The notes beneath the pieces were generated by a model. It saw only the letters and a program-made list of their open reading frames with translations. It had not been told where the DNA came from and searched no databases. This document shows, one piece after another, positions 63,951-64,000 of a DNA stretch of 64,000 nt (positions are counted from its first letter, which is position 1; each line of letters begins with the position of its first letter). The position numbers and the translations under genes are program-made. Source of the stretch: Alphaproteobacteria bacterium (GTDB lineage: Bacteria > Pseudomonadota > Alphaproteobacteria > RF32 > CAG-239); assembly GCA_045637985.1 (NCBI GenBank), contig JAZUAM010000028.1, positions 11,735 to 75,734 on the forward strand, in the 5' to 3' direction.

Positions 63951-64000
63951 ATTTTACCTTTCACAAAAACTCACAACTTTCACAATCATATAACAAAGTT

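Overview
This is an AT-rich, densely coded chromosomal window from an alphaproteobacterium. Gene order and protein style look Rhodospirillales-like, possibly an uncultured host- or gut-associated lineage (inference). Most of it is housekeeping: infA, uvrB, psd-pssA, tRNA-Leu(TAA), mreBCD-mrdA-rodA, ddl, miaA, metK-trmB, mnmA, miaB-phoH-ybeY-lnt, folD, rimP-nusA-ylxR-infB, lptG, ampG, yicC-gmk, cysK, lepA, def, nusB, nrdR, murF, glyA and rpiB. A flagellar motor block (fliL-fliM-DUF6468-motE-TPR) is also present. I saw no mobile element, integrase or CRISPR array. The strongest leads are: (1) a lone PilM-like plus PilV-like (type IVb pilus tip) pair back-to-back with fliL, where the 1014-aa PilV-like protein carries a VgrG/gp5/GpV-spike-like beta-repeat insert; (2) ddl and murF both lie outside a dcw cluster and both have altered dipeptide-contact motifs, with a VanX-like dipeptidase between ddl and mreB, hinting at a non-canonical peptidoglycan stem terminus; (3) strong window-wide over-representation of the palindrome CCGG; (4) two tandem degenerate GGDEF/EAL-like proteins; (5) signs of streamlining and rearrangement, such as rib genes missing between nrdR and nusB and a shuffled miaB-to-infB cluster. 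All family assignments come from motif recognition by eye; no searches were run.
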